40,473 nt of DNA from NCBI GenBank assembly GCA_011109175.1, contig RDEW01000024.1, forward strand, positions 803,934 to 844,406, read 5' to 3'. Below are positions 1 to 12,321 of this stretch, one piece after another. Under the pieces are notes generated by a model that had not been told where the DNA came from, did no database searches, and was given only the letters and a program-made list of their open reading frames with translations. Made by a program: the position numbers and the translations under genes. This stretch comes from Dicyema japonicum (Eukaryota; Animalia; Dicyemida). Each line of letters begins with the position of its first letter. Position 1 is the stretch's first letter.

Positions 1-489
1 ATTCCCAATTCATACAAAAATCTTCCTTGATTAAAAAGTATATTGTGGTTGTCAATGAAGATTAAGTTTTCAGTAAAAATAGCCTTTCTAACCTGTAGTT
101 CTAAGCCAGAATATGATTTATCTTAAAATAAGTAAAAATAAATTTAACTATATTTTTCTATGAAATTATTCCATTGGATTTCATAATATTCATCGTCTTT
201 AAGTGAATAATTGATTGATTCGTATTTGAAATGAATTTTAGATGAATTAAAGTTATTCAAAAATATAACAAGGAAAATTATGTTGATCATTTTAATTAAT
301 TCTGTCTATTTTTTATTTAAATAAATTTAAAATATATATATTTCTTTCATTAAAAAAATATTTTTCATTAAATATGATTAACATCTTATGGAACTCTTAC
401 CTACGTCGTCATCAAAACTGAGTCCCTGTTTTGAAAGAATAGTAGAAGGAAAGCAGATTCAATTCTCACATTAATTTTAGTTAATAAAG

Positions 490-560
490 TTTTTTTTTGC
501 GGCCCACACAATTGATAATTATTGATTTGCCCGTAGACCAAAAAGGTTGAGAACCACTGC
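490..560 (-). mobile_element. hAT-like (Charlie-type) terminus
   Basis: CAGTGGTTCTCAACC on the minus strand at 545-559. Related ends CAGTGTTTCTCAAC at 12291 and TGTTTCTCAAC at ~16570. Confidence 0.55.
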
Positions 561-989
561 TCTAAACAGTGAAGCTTATTCTAGAATCAAAAATCTATCT
601 TCACTCAAAATTGTTAGATTCTTTCAATCTTGTGATAGACGAGATTCATGGTCAAATATTGGTGATTGGAATCTTTTTTGGTTTGGAAACATTATGTATC
701 AGTGTCCTCTGATTATTTTATTTCAGTCATGCGCATGAGAAGAAGGGAGACGGCTAAACTACTTCTAGCAGATGAGGAAATTCAGCTTACACGAGCTACA
801 TCAAGAGCTTAACCCTTAGATAAATAAATAGCTAAGATCTTAAAAGAGGATTTTGGGAATGTGAGGACTATTGTACATCATCCAAATTACAAAAAAAGTC
901 AAAAATTTATTATTTTTAGAATAATAGAGTTTTTTAGTAAAGAATTCAATATTTTTATCAATTTTGGCTAAGACGTCTCTTAATTGTAC

Positions 990-1385
990 ATCTCTTACAC
1001 CCTGGAGAAATCTCAATATCAAAAACCAAGACCTGTACACTGTTTGTAAATCGAAGCACGTGGGCAAAATTATTACTAAGACCCAATAGGGATTATTTGG
1101 GCACATATTACGGAAAAATCATGTCGTTCCTGCTTACGAAATTTTGGATTCATTCTTCATCTGCTCAGGGACTTTTAGAAAAAAAGTCACAAGCAACTTT
1201 GCCATCTATACTTAACGTCGATCTAAAACCTGTTAAAAGAGCACTAGAAGACGCAGATAACAGCTTCAGAAAATTGAAATCTCGAGAAGAGCGTGAAAAG
1301 TCTAACAGACCGGATCATCCTGGGGTGGCATAAGCGATGGGAAGAATATAGCCTTCTTATTTAGAATGTACATTATAATAATAGT
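990..1385 (+). mobile_element. RTE 3' fragment (degenerate)
   Basis: IKNQDLYTVCKS..GLFGHILRK and ATLPSILNVDLK align to the C-terminus of the intact element (ISNNDLYSKCKS..SLFGHILR, VTLPTILNGDLS). TAA-like tail near 1375. Confidence 0.75.
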
Positions 1386-1599
1386 AAAGAATCCATTAAA
1401 TACTTGATTATCGCTAATACATGGTTGGTCGAATATTCATGCAGTCAGGTAATCCAAGAAAAATGCAAAAGTATTTGTCATTTTCAGAAAATGACACACC
1501 TCAATAACTTAAATAGAAATTATTTACACTTGGGCATTTCAAATAGAAAAAATCATTAGAGCATCAGTGGGGTTTTCGAAGAAATCGTTCTTGCGGAGA

Positions 1600-2000
1600 T
1601 TGTTGCACAGTGTTAACGCGTAAATTGTGAAGGCCTTGAAAACTCAAGGATGTTTGACCACAATCTGCCTTTATAAATCCAATCATTCGACACTGTGTAG
1701 CATCTTGGACTTCTTATTTGTCTAGCGAAATATGGAGTTGAAAAAAAACCTTATTTTTGGATACTAAGTTTGCTCTCAGACAAACGGTCAATTGTTAATT
1801 TTTTAACTGCGAGTCTTGTGAAATTTGGCTGAGAAGAGGCGTCACTCATGGTTCAGTGCTTAATCCTCTATTGTTCAACATTGTAATGAGAGAATTTCTT
1901 TACCCAGAAAACCCACGTACAGAAATCTTAATATATACGCTGATGACGTCATAAATTACGATGTCTTTTTTAACCATTCGGTATCTGAGAAACGGTTGAT
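1600..2000 (+). mobile_element. LINE reverse transcriptase fragment (degenerate)
   Basis: SFDTV*HLGLLICLAKYGV..WILSLLSD, RGVTHGSVLNPLLFNIVM, IYADDV. Confidence 0.8.
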
Positions 2001-2162
2001 GGCATTAAGCATGACATATGATTGCAATCACCTGATAAAAATAATTGATTGACATGTGAAATGTTTTAGAATGGGAAAAATACCTTAATGATTATTAAAT
2101 AACGTTTTATTTAACAAAAATAAATTCTTTTTTAAATAAAAAAAACAATAAAATATTATTTA

Positions 2163-2335
2163 TTAACAATAGCGGGGAAGCGCGGCTGCTGACATTACGG
2201 AGTAAGCGTTTCCGCGGACAACTGCAATCCCAATTCGTTGCCTCAGCCAGACCGCTTCCTGCACGTCTTTCTTACGATGGGCTAATTTCCCCCCGACTTC
2301 CTTCAGGAAAGAAACTGTGATATCCCTGGTGAAAG
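2163..2335 (-). mobile_element. CRE/SLACS-type non-LTR retrotransposon 3' end (REL endonuclease C-terminus)
   Basis: SFLKEVGGKLAHRKKDVQEAVWLRQRIGIAVVRGNAYSVM matches the CRE-type C-terminal motif (QRISxAxQRGNA). Confidence 0.8.
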
Positions 2336-3804
2336 TTCTTTTGCGAAAAAAATTTTTATTGATTTTTTGGATAAATTCATAGAATGCGCAATTTACACTG
2401 AGAAATATTGATGAATTTCTAAAGAAATTGAAGTTTTTAAGAATACTCACCTGACCATATTTACAATTTGGATGCAACGAATAGATATACAAATTTTAAA
2501 GATAAGTAAGTTAAGTGAACACTCCCTGGTTTCTATAAGCACGTAAAATCCTAGGGATTCGCTCGTGCAGAACACACACTTTATGTAAGTAAAGAACAAT
2601 TATTATAACTAATCGTAGAGGGAGAACCAAGGAACGCATAAGTTTAGCCACTATTAATGAGAAAAGCAAAGATTTCTTAAATTTTAAATTTATTGCACCA
2701 AAAAACACCGTCATAGTCAGAATGAAAAAATTCAGGTGACCCCAGCCTCCCTCAGCAATTTTCGCAGGCTAGAATTGAAGGGAGTGCCGTCCAGGGGGAA
2801 CTCCTCTGGATGGTTGCTGACTAATGGTCGTTTTGGATATAATTTAGAATTATTTCTGCCACCACCAGAGATGGTGGACAGCATGACGCACGCTAATCAG
2901 TGAAGTTCCCTGAGCCAAAATGGAAAAGGAGGAACTAAAGAATCAAACAAATAATTTTCAATTCATGTAGCCACATAGCACCACACAAACTTTGGTGTAA
3001 TGTAGCATAAGATTCTCATATATTTAAAAAAAATATGGTTATAATTGTCTTTTTTCACATTACACTGTAATATTCATAAAATGTCATGGATAACAATTGC
3101 TTACTGTTTAAGCGTCTAAAATGTAAGGACGTACAATCGTATCCAAAACAGATATTTATGATTCTATCGAGAGAGAATTTATTTCAATTGATTATTCTGA
3201 AAAGAAAGCAATAGATGGAGAAGATGGAGAAAAAATAACCATTTCATTGAGGAACGAGAATAATCGAGTTTTTTCGAAGTACCTACTAAGCAAGGCCGAA
3301 TAGTTTCAAATTAAGAGATATCTAAAAATATTCCCTAGAAAATATTGAAAGTGACATGCTCATTAACTAAATAAGATTTAAGGAAAAATTAAAACTAATA
3401 ACAGGCAGTTGGGAATTGAGCATTGTTTTAATAAAATTAAAAAAAATTTCCATTCCTTTTAATAAAATTGTTTATTGGCCAAAAATATAATTTATATTTT
3501 AAATAGTCAACCCTCGCAAATTGGCTATTTTTAGTTCCTTAGAATTTTGTGGTCAATTTGAGAAATGGCCAATTTGAAAATAATACAATCACTAATTTTA
3601 AAGAGACAAAAAGATTGGAATGGCCATACTCTGAGGGAGCTCATTCGCGATCCACGCAGCCCAACTAACATTTGTTTCTTTGTTAAATAATTGTCTTAAA
3701 AATAAAATAATTTTAAATATCAATTTTTTAGAAAATTGCATTTTTATTAAAATAAAAAATTAATTCATAAATCGGTAATCAAGATCAACTGGCATATATC
3801 TCTA

Positions 3805-4063
3805 ATGCAAACCTTATAATAGCCGGATTCCATGGAAGGCCAAGAACGACACTTCCAGACCTATCGGCAGTTGGTATGAGACTAATGAACAAAGACCTAT
3901 CGGCAGTTGGTATGAGACTAACTTCGGCGGACGACCTGGACTATCTAAACGAACTAGCGCGCAACAGAGGATCATAATCGAGGCTGACGGAGAAGATGAT
4001 TAGGGGCACAAGGGGAACTTAACAAATTTTATGTTTTCTCGGAAGTGTTTTTAATAATAATAA
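3805..4063 (+). mobile_element. RTE 3' fragment with conserved 3' UTR and (TAA)n tail
   Basis: GFHGRPRTTLP, DLSAVGMRLTSADDLDYLNELARNRGS. Contains an internal 29-nt tandem duplication (3857-3885/3893-3921) and ends in TTTTATGTTTTCTCGGAAGTGTTTTTAATAATAATAA. Confidence 0.88.
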
Positions 4064-5049
4064 TTCCTAAAATTTTTTCTTTGCTTCAATGATACTTGAT
4101 TTGTACTCTCCGAATAAAGAAATAATAAAAACTTCATTCTCCACATTAGATATGAGTTCCCATCCATTGCAGTTAATCAACCACAATATCTTTTTTGTAC
4201 AGGTCGTATTTTTTCCTCTTCTTGTTCACCATTTTCTGGATTCTCGACTTTCTCAAACAGATAGCAAAATAGGGATACACATTAACTCCATCCAAAGTCT
4301 TAAACATTGTTACCTTGTCAGATTGAGTTCATCTACAGTCGACAACCCTAAGAAATCCATCAATAGCTACCACGATTTATCTTTTCGAACATATTTGTAT
4401 CCATTTAGTAGATTTAAAGTTTAGGGGACTTAGAATTAAGAATCAGTGGGTCCATCAATAAAACAAATATAGTCAACCTTTACAAATCGTCAATGTTCTA
4501 GGTGGTTTGTGAATGATGCCTTAGTATCTACCAAGAAAGCACTTTTTAAAAATGAGTTACAGCACAATAATTTCAAAATTCTAATCGATTTTTGGATAAA
4601 TTCAAAAATAGACACCGAAATAGAATGCTCGAGTTACAGAAATAAATACGAACATGTGTCGACTTCTATCTGAACACTTAAAGAAATTTCGAAAGCATGA
4701 TACAGCACAACCTCTATTTAGGGCATCCATTTTGACAATTGCCCCAAAAACAGAGGTTTCCCCAAAAATGGAGGTTCGACATTTTCTTCATTTTATAAAA
4801 AAACCTGTTTTAACATATTTTCAATTAAATTATTGATAACTAATGTATTTTTTTAAACAGAAAAAAATTTTATTTTCTATTACACGAAAATATTTTATTA
4901 TTTTGTTTCCTGTTGAAGATTTCTTCATATGTATGCCCAATATTTTTCTGAAATTGTGATAGTCTTTTAACGCAGCGGGAAACAAACGGTTAATATTCTC
5001 CTCAAAGTTATTCATTGTCGTTATTGCGTCCAAATGTGAACAAGTGCAT

Positions 5050-7138
5050 TCAGTTTGGACATGATGACTTATCATCATTTTCAGTAATTACATCTGCAAT
5101 TATTATGTCCAACTTTTCTTTCTCATTTAGAAAATTTGAATTNNNNNNNNNNNNNNNNNNNNNNNNNNNNNNNNNNNNNNNNNNNNNNNNNNNNNNNNNN
5201 NNNNNNNNNNNNNNNNNNNNNNNNNNNNNNNNNNNNNNNNNNNNNNNNNNNNNNNNNNNNNNNNNNNNNNNNNNNNNNNNNNNNNNNNNNNNNNNNNNNN
5301 NNNNNNNNNNNNNNNNNNNNNNNNNNNNNNNNNNNNNNNNNNNNNNNNNNNNNNNNNNNNNNNNNNNNNNNNNNNNNNNNNNNNNNNNNNNNNNNNNNNN
5401 NNNNNNNNNNNNNNNNNNNNNNNNNNNNNNNNNNNNNNNNNNNNNNNNNNNNNNNNNNNNNNNNNNNNNNNNNNNNNNNNNNNNNNNNNNNNNNNNNNNN
5501 NNNNNNNNNNNNNNNNNNNNNNNNNNNNNNNNNNNNNNNNNNNNNNNNNNNNNNNNNNNNNNNNNNNNNNNNNNNNNNNNNNNNNNNNNNNNNNNNNNNN
5601 NNNNNNNNNNNNNNNNNNNNNNNNNNNNNNNNNNNNNNNNNNNNNNNNNNNNNNNNNNNNNNNNNNNNNNNNNNNNNNNNNNNNNNNNNNNNNNNNNNNN
5701 NNNNNNNNNNNNNNNNNNNNNNNNNNNNNNNNNNNNNNNNNNNNNNNNNNAAAGAATGGACAAAATCGGTGCGATTCTCCAAATGTTACTAAATTGAGGC
5801 AAAAAATCTACTTTATCTGATCATACACGCTTTCCAAAGACTCGCGGGCTTGGTGAATGTCTTCAATCCTCACTAGAAACAAGAAGTGATAATATTTCAG
5901 TTTTATGTAATAAATATGAGTGGGTGGGAGAATATGAGTCTATCTGTGCAACATTCTTTCAATTTTCAGAATAATATGAAAATCCATATCACTACAAATT
6001 TGATCAGGAAATGCAAAATTGATGTGAATTGATTCAATTCTGCATACTTTAAAGGGTCTATTTCAAAGTATTTGTTATCCACGTGGGTCCGACACTTGTA
6101 ACACAACGACAAGTCACCATACCACTACATATTTGGTCAGAAATTACATCTTGGATCTCAATTCACTGTATTCTTCACACATCAGACGACGGTGTTCTAA
6201 GTATTCGTTATCCACGTGGGTCAGACACTTGTTACAACGGTCTGATAAATCCACCAGACCTGTCTGGCATGAAGGGCACTTTGTAGCATTGATTTGGGTA
6301 TCAAATTCATCGTCCGCACAGCGGGACATTCACAAGTGAAGAGTCCTAACAAGGCATGCCGATCCGTTCTGTTATTAATCAGATCAATATAGCTTATGTA
6401 AATATTCTGAGAGTTATAATAAAGTTAACTTCCCCGGAGATCACATCTGTCGCTACAATTTTCAAGCGAATTCCTTCGAATGTAACGCAAGCGTTGGGGA
6501 CGCAGGAATGGTCATATTTCGAGCCACTAGAGTAAACGTAAGTATCAACAACTTTATATACAGACAAATTCCAAGTTCTTCACAATTCTTAAAATCATAA
6601 ATTGTGAATGAATTTTTGTGCATTTTACAGCAAATTTCTACATATTTACGTAATTCTAATAATCCGGTATATTCTAAGCAATATGCTAAGGCAAATTCGA
6701 TAGAAGGAGTAATCTTTTTGTGCAAAATTTCATAGTCTGGACAGATTATAAGTGAGGACTAACTTGGGACTAATTCATTGAATGATCTTTCTTCTGAGTC
6801 TTCCTTTTTATCCAAAATCCCCAATTTGCACTTCAAGTAAATGTATGGAATACTTTTATGACGAGTTGGAAGAATAAGCGAACATGATCTGGTGGGACTT
6901 TACTTCCAGCAAGTTTACTACACTCGAATTTATGGATTTGCCTGGATTTTTTCTAAGTTACACATTTTTAAACTTGGCAAGCTGGACTGCAGTATCTAAT
7001 GGTTTTGCAATTTCCACATCTTTTTAGGTTTGATTCACTAAAGCACCACGAACACCTTAATGCAAGCAATTCCCGTCTCAACACGTGGACGAACGGAAGA
7101 GATTCAACGATAATGTTTCCTGGTTTGTATGACGTCAT
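5050..7138 (-). pseudogene. SET and MYND domain (SMYD-family) lysine methyltransferase, multi-exon, frameshifted near 6325 (pseudogene or assembly error)
   Basis: Spliced translation: MTSYKPGNIIVESLPFVHVL..CSWCFSESNLKRCGNCKTIRYCSPACQ|KKSRQIHKFEC (MYND) ... GICLYI|NGSKYDHSCVPNAC..GE|NIYISYID..FTCEC/SRC (SET/post-SET). GT-AG introns at 6953-6973 (21 nt), 6831-6853 (23), 6737-6763 (27), 6527-6552 (26) and 6407-6429 (23) all keep the frame. The 3' part runs into the N gap and the end at 5050 is tentative. Confidence 0.88.
5143..5750. other. Assembly gap (N run)
   Basis: Run of N. Confidence 1.
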
Positions 7139-7929
7139 GACTATTATGTCTAAACCGTTGAGTTTCCACGGTTTTATTGAAAAAAATATTACGCAGTTTT
7201 AACGCAATTCTCTCCACCCAATCTTGTCTTCCGATTTCTCACTAAGACAATAGTCTCTATATACTTATTTCCCCACCTTTAATGGACATTAACAGTACCC
7301 ACCATTGAGTGTTCTTCGATAGACATGATCTGATCCTGAGACTTTCACGGTGGCAAATCCTAGGTTATGTTGTACAACAGCCACGGAATTGAACTGAATC
7401 TGACCAAGAATTCGAATCTTTAACAGAGGTCTTATCGAATTGGATTTACCCCAGCATGGTATGATTGCCCAACTATCTGGCTGTAAACCCTTAAATTGAA
7501 ATAATTAGGGATTGAATTTTAATTTGCATTAACGTAGTTTATTGTAATAAATCGACCTTATAGTCATAGCCCTCACATAAAAGATCATAGAAAATTATCA
7601 TTTTAAGTAAATTTATAGGTCACCTTGATCTCNAAGAATTCGAATCTTTAAGAGAGGTCTTATCGAATTGGATTTACCCCAGCATGGTATGATTGCCCAA
7701 CTATCTGGCTGTAAACCCTTAAATTGAAATAATTAGGGATTGAATTTTAATTTGCATTTAACGTAGTTTATTGTAATAAATCGACCTTATAGTCATAGCC
7801 CTCACATAAAAGATCACACAAAATTATCATTTTAAGTAAATTTATAGGTCACCTTGATCTCATGATTAGGTTACCCATAAGTTTGATTTTGGGGTAAAAA
7901 ACTCAAGGAACTGATGATTTTTCTACCTT

Positions 7930-9011
7930 CTCTTCATTCTGACTAGACCGATAAGTATTATTTGCATACTTGGTGTCTTGTGGTCATCCGCTCGTGGAAA
8001 ACTCTCTTCTCCATTGCCGAATAACTACCAATTTCATCCCTGCCTTATCATAGTTAGAGTCTCTCGTCGCAAGAACAATATCATCTGCGTATGAGAGTAT
8101 CAATGTATCGGGATTATCATTGGTGGGAAAATCCATCAGATATATATTGAGTTAATTTTGTTAAGTGACTCGTAGTATAATCGTTTTCACGGAATCCATG
8201 CTGGAATACTCGATTTGGTGCAATATCTTTGATTCGTGTTAAGATTACTTTTTCCATAATTCGAGACAAGGCACATAATATTGCAATNATCAATGTATCG
8301 GGATTATCATTGGTGGGAAAATCCATCAGATATATATTGAGTTAATTTTGTTAAGTGACTCGTAGTATAATGATTTTCACGGAATCCATGCTGGAATACT
8401 CGATTTGGTGCAATATCTCTGATTCGTGTTAAGATTACTTTTTCCATAATTCGAGACAAGGCACATAATATTGCAATCGGCGATAAGAAGAGGGATCGTT
8501 TGCAGGTTTGTTTGGATTCCGAATTGGCAAAATTGTGGACTTCTTCGATATAGAAAGTGCCATATTATTGTTCACAGATAGAGTATAAACGTATGATAGG
8601 AATTCGGTTGCTTTTTCACCAAGGTGTTTCAGTTCCATCATCGAGACATTGTCAGCACCTCGGGGACGGGAGTTTTTGGCATCCATGATTGGGTTTCGAA
8701 CTTCTTGAGGAGTAATGACAATCAAGTCATATAATGGATACAACTTCTTCTTGTTGACTCTGTGTTCCCTCGAGATATTTATATGACTGATTACGCCATA
8801 GTGTTTCATTAAAATANGAGACATTGTCAGCACCTCGGGAACGGGAGTTTTTGGCATCCATGATTGGGTTTCGAACTTTTTGCGGAGTAAAGACAATCAA
8901 GTCATATGATGGATACAACTTCTTCTTGTTGACTCTGTGTTCCCTCGAGATATTTATATTACTGATTACGCCATAGTGTTTCATTAAAATATTTGGTTTC
9001 AATGTTGCCAC
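7930..9011 (-). mobile_element. LINE (Jockey/I-like group) RT fragments, degenerate and duplicated around single-N joins
   Basis: RPRGADNVSMMELKHL, KSTILPIRNPNKPANDPSSYR, MEKVILTRI, QHGFREN, DTLILSYADDIVLATRD. Confidence 0.8.
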
Positions 9012-9039
9012 ATCCCTGTCCGTTTTTTAAAAAAAAAAC

Positions 9040-9200
9040 TTAAATCCTAACACTAACCTTAATTCCAATCCCTAACCTTAACCATAATCCCTATTCCCCA
9101 ACAACAATCCCTAACTTTAAACCGTAGTTTTTTATCCTTAAACATAAAAATATCATAAAACCTATCCCTTAACCATGTCTAATTCTAATCATAACTTTGA
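9040..9200 (+). repeat. Degenerate CCTAAC/CCCTAA (telomere-like) low-complexity tract
   Basis: Repeated cctaac, ccctaac, ccttaac and ccataat units. Confidence 0.55.
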
Positions 9201-9208
9201 CAAATTAA

Positions 9209-9516
9209 AATCCCTTACGTAAAAATAGCAAAGCTTGATCTCATCCTTAAGCGATATTCAACATCTACCATAATCAATACCTAAGCTCATTCCTAACCAA
9301 CAACTAAATCTGATCTCCACATTAAGCCAAAAAGATTAAAATAAATTTCTTGATTGGAAAGTAATCCCTTACGTAAAAATAGCAAAGCTTGATCTCATCC
9401 TTAAGCGATATTCAACATCTACCATAATCAATACCTAAGCTCATTCCTAACCAACAACTAAATCTGATCTCCACATTTAGACAAAAAGATTAAAATAAAT
9501 TTCTTGATTGGAAAGT
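9209..9516. repeat. Near-identical tandem duplication, unit ~154 bp
   Basis: aatcccttacgtaaaaatagcaaagcttgatctc... at 9209 and 9363. Confidence 0.9.
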
Positions 9517-9525
9517 CATTTAAAA

Positions 9526-9985
9526 TTATCATTTAACTCGGCTTTGGTGGACTATCAGTATTTCCGAGTTGCCACCATCTATGTGGACAATAGTTCCTTG
9601 TATATCCACTATTAGATAAAATGTAGTGTCCAAGTGCTCATATAATGGATTCTTTTTCGTTGTTTGATTGTAATCACCATCCATTCGTAGAATGACTCTG
9701 TCTCATACATTAAGCGATTCTTCATTTTTCCATCTTTTTTCTTTCGCATTTTTTTCTGCAGCTATCAAAGTATGCTTTCGAGCAGAATCCCGTGTCAAAG
9801 ATAAGTCTTCATCTTCTTCATACTGAGTAATCTATTTGAACATTCATCAGATATTTGTGGTGGATAATCTACTCCATTAAAAATCTTGAATGGAGCGTGT
9901 TTGGTGGTCCGTGATTGCTAGTATTGTAACTGAACACAATATCTCCCAGACTGCGTTGATATTTTCCCAGAATTCCTTCAGTAGA
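9526..9985 (-). mobile_element. Ginger/Gypsy-type DDE integrase C-terminal fragment (degenerate)
   Basis: LGDIVFSYNTSNH..PFKIFNG resembles the end of the integrase core (YNTSxH..TPF). It is followed by DRVILRMDGDYNQTTKKNPLYEHLDTTFYLIVDI..IVHQSRVK, resembling a GPY/F-type C-terminal module. Confidence 0.7.
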
Positions 9986-11639
9986 AGAAAAAAATGATAA
10001 CCATTTTAAGAGGTTGATTAAACCTATACACTATTACATAAATGGTACCTCTCGACCTGGCCTTGAACCCACGATGCTCTTGGTCTTCCTAAAATATACT
10101 CTATCTTGAAAGCGACGCATCAAGATATCCATTTTCTAGATATTCGATTATCAGACGCAACTCATCAATGTTAAACTTAAATCCATGTGCAGAAATAAAA
10201 TAAATTTTTTTATTATTTTTAAATATTAATAAAGTTTTTTGTTAATTAAGAATAATAAAATATCATTAAAATGACACTATTCATATTGACTGTTTTTTTC
10301 TACTTTATGGTTTTAAAATATTAACGATTTTAAATAAAAATAACACTATTCAACTCAGAAAAATCTGAATTATCCAGAGAACTAATTTTTATTTTTATTG
10401 GTTCTTGTGAAGTTCCACGTGCGTCGGTGACAATAAATAAATAAATTCTTAAAAAAATATATATCATCAGAACTAATCTTCCCTTGATGAGAAATTATTA
10501 TAAATGCGTCCCTCAAAGAGAAATGAGTTTGACACCTCTGCTCTAATAGAAATGATTCCCCTAGCTCTAAGACTCATCTAACCCTAAATCTGATTTTCCT
10601 GACAAGATTCACCTAATTCTAGCGATAAAAATCTTGCCTAATCAGAATTTCAATGTATATCTCTCCCAGGGAGTACAAATAATTGCCATAATTGAAGGAT
10701 TTGTCACCAATAGTCTTTTAGCACTTCGGATGGTACACAGTAAGAGACTACATCAAGGATTTCACTTTTAGTCTATAGTGCCTTTTATCCCTTCGCTCTG
10801 GACTAATAATACCTATCCAGCTTTCGACACGACGTCTACTACTGAAGGCAGTGGAAGGATTTCTGGATTCTGACTCAGTGATTATGATAAGAGTTCTTTT
10901 GTTGAACACGAAGATAAGAATTCGAATTGGCAAAACTAAGTTGAGATAATTCGCATATATTTTCTGTACTCATCAAGGGAACTCCTTCTCGACTTCATAT
11001 CGACAGATAAGTCAGCTGTACCTAACGATGAACGCTTCAAAACGAATGTAGTGGATATCAGAGGATTGAAAAAAGTTCGGATGAACCATTGAGAAAACCA
11101 ACAGCTTGGGTCCTCACTTAGAGACAGTGAAGACATCGTTCTATGAAAGAAACTCGATACAACAGCGCTAAACGAAGTTAAAAAGAACCGGATTGATAGA
11201 AGACAATCAAATATACCATCCGATTAAGGTTACAAGGTGGAACAGCTTAGTTATTTTAATAATTTATGCTAAACGGAATTCAAAACCAGGCATTGACTCA
11301 TGATTCTTTATTTTCGAATCTACGCATATCTGAAGTCTGCGATTCCATTACAACAGGGAAGAGAGGTCACAGCCATTTTGGACGGATAAGTAAATCAGAG
11401 TTACATCACCAAACTACCACCATTTCCAGAGGACATTATTCATGCAACATGATCAAGTAATAATTTAATAATTTTTTTACAAGATCATCAACACGGAGAT
11501 CCTTAGGGATAAAGTAGTGGTTGTTTACGTTCCTGTCTGGTTTCTTGCAGGATCATTCATAATCTTGACTTACTCACATTACTTACTTTTGAGTCCCCAG
11601 CTCTTTTAACCTATATTGTCCAACCTGCCGAATAACGAG

Positions 11640-12285
11640 AATAATTACAAATCTCGTATGGTGATGATATTATGGTTGCATCACGTCATCATAAAACCAC
11701 CATTACCTCTACATGTCTACAAGTACACCTTTATACAATTTACTCCTGTATGAATCGTAATCCCTTGAATCCATCTCCTGTAGAAATATAATTATTTTTA
11801 CAACTAATCGTCCTCAGTTTAACCTTTGCTACATCTTAATATCACTCCTCTTCCTGTTGTCAAAAATTCCAAAATATTGGGACTGGTGTTTATCCTTCTT
11901 GAAACATGTTCCTTAATATGCGAGAAATATCAGAAAAGGCTCAACTTACTCCGTCGAGACCCTTAGCGGTAGGTCATTTGGTGAGAGCAAAGAAAGTCTA
12001 TCGATTGTCTAAAAACATTTATTATAACAACGTTGAATTATGATGTTCCTGCTCGGAGCACGTGTCTGTTTATAATGAAGATCATAAAATCCAGAAAATC
12101 CAAAACTTCGCTATCAGAACAATCCCAGACTGCCTAAAGAACACTCCAATTGAACACATCCATTGGGAGTCTAATAACTCCAATTACATATCATTTACAG
12201 ATATTATGACTACAATTCTTGAAAAATGCAAAAAACCGGACCACTTCCTTAAGTTTTCCAGTACAAAAAGAGGGTAATACCTATC
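11640..12285 (+). mobile_element. LINE RT C-terminal/thumb fragment (degenerate)
   Basis: YGDDIMVASRHH, KILGLVF, KIQKIQNFAIRTIPDCLKNTPIEHIHWES. Confidence 0.75.
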
Positions 12286-12321
12286 TACGACAGTGTTTCT
12301 CAACGAATAGATATTCGCCCC

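Noticed and set aside
5015-5802. Long ORFs in the track spanning the first gap
   Set aside because: They consist almost entirely of X from the N run.
6144-6329. Cys/His-rich ORF as the C-terminal zinc knuckle of a LINE ORF2
   Set aside because: It directly continues the SMYD post-SET CxCxxC motif, so it is better explained as part of that gene.
10045-10140. Intron-containing tRNA-Leu-like gene on the minus strand (gcgtcgctttcaag...cgtgggttcaaggcc)
   Set aside because: Only a degenerate B-box and anticodon-like stretch are present, with no A-box or acceptor stem. At best a relic.
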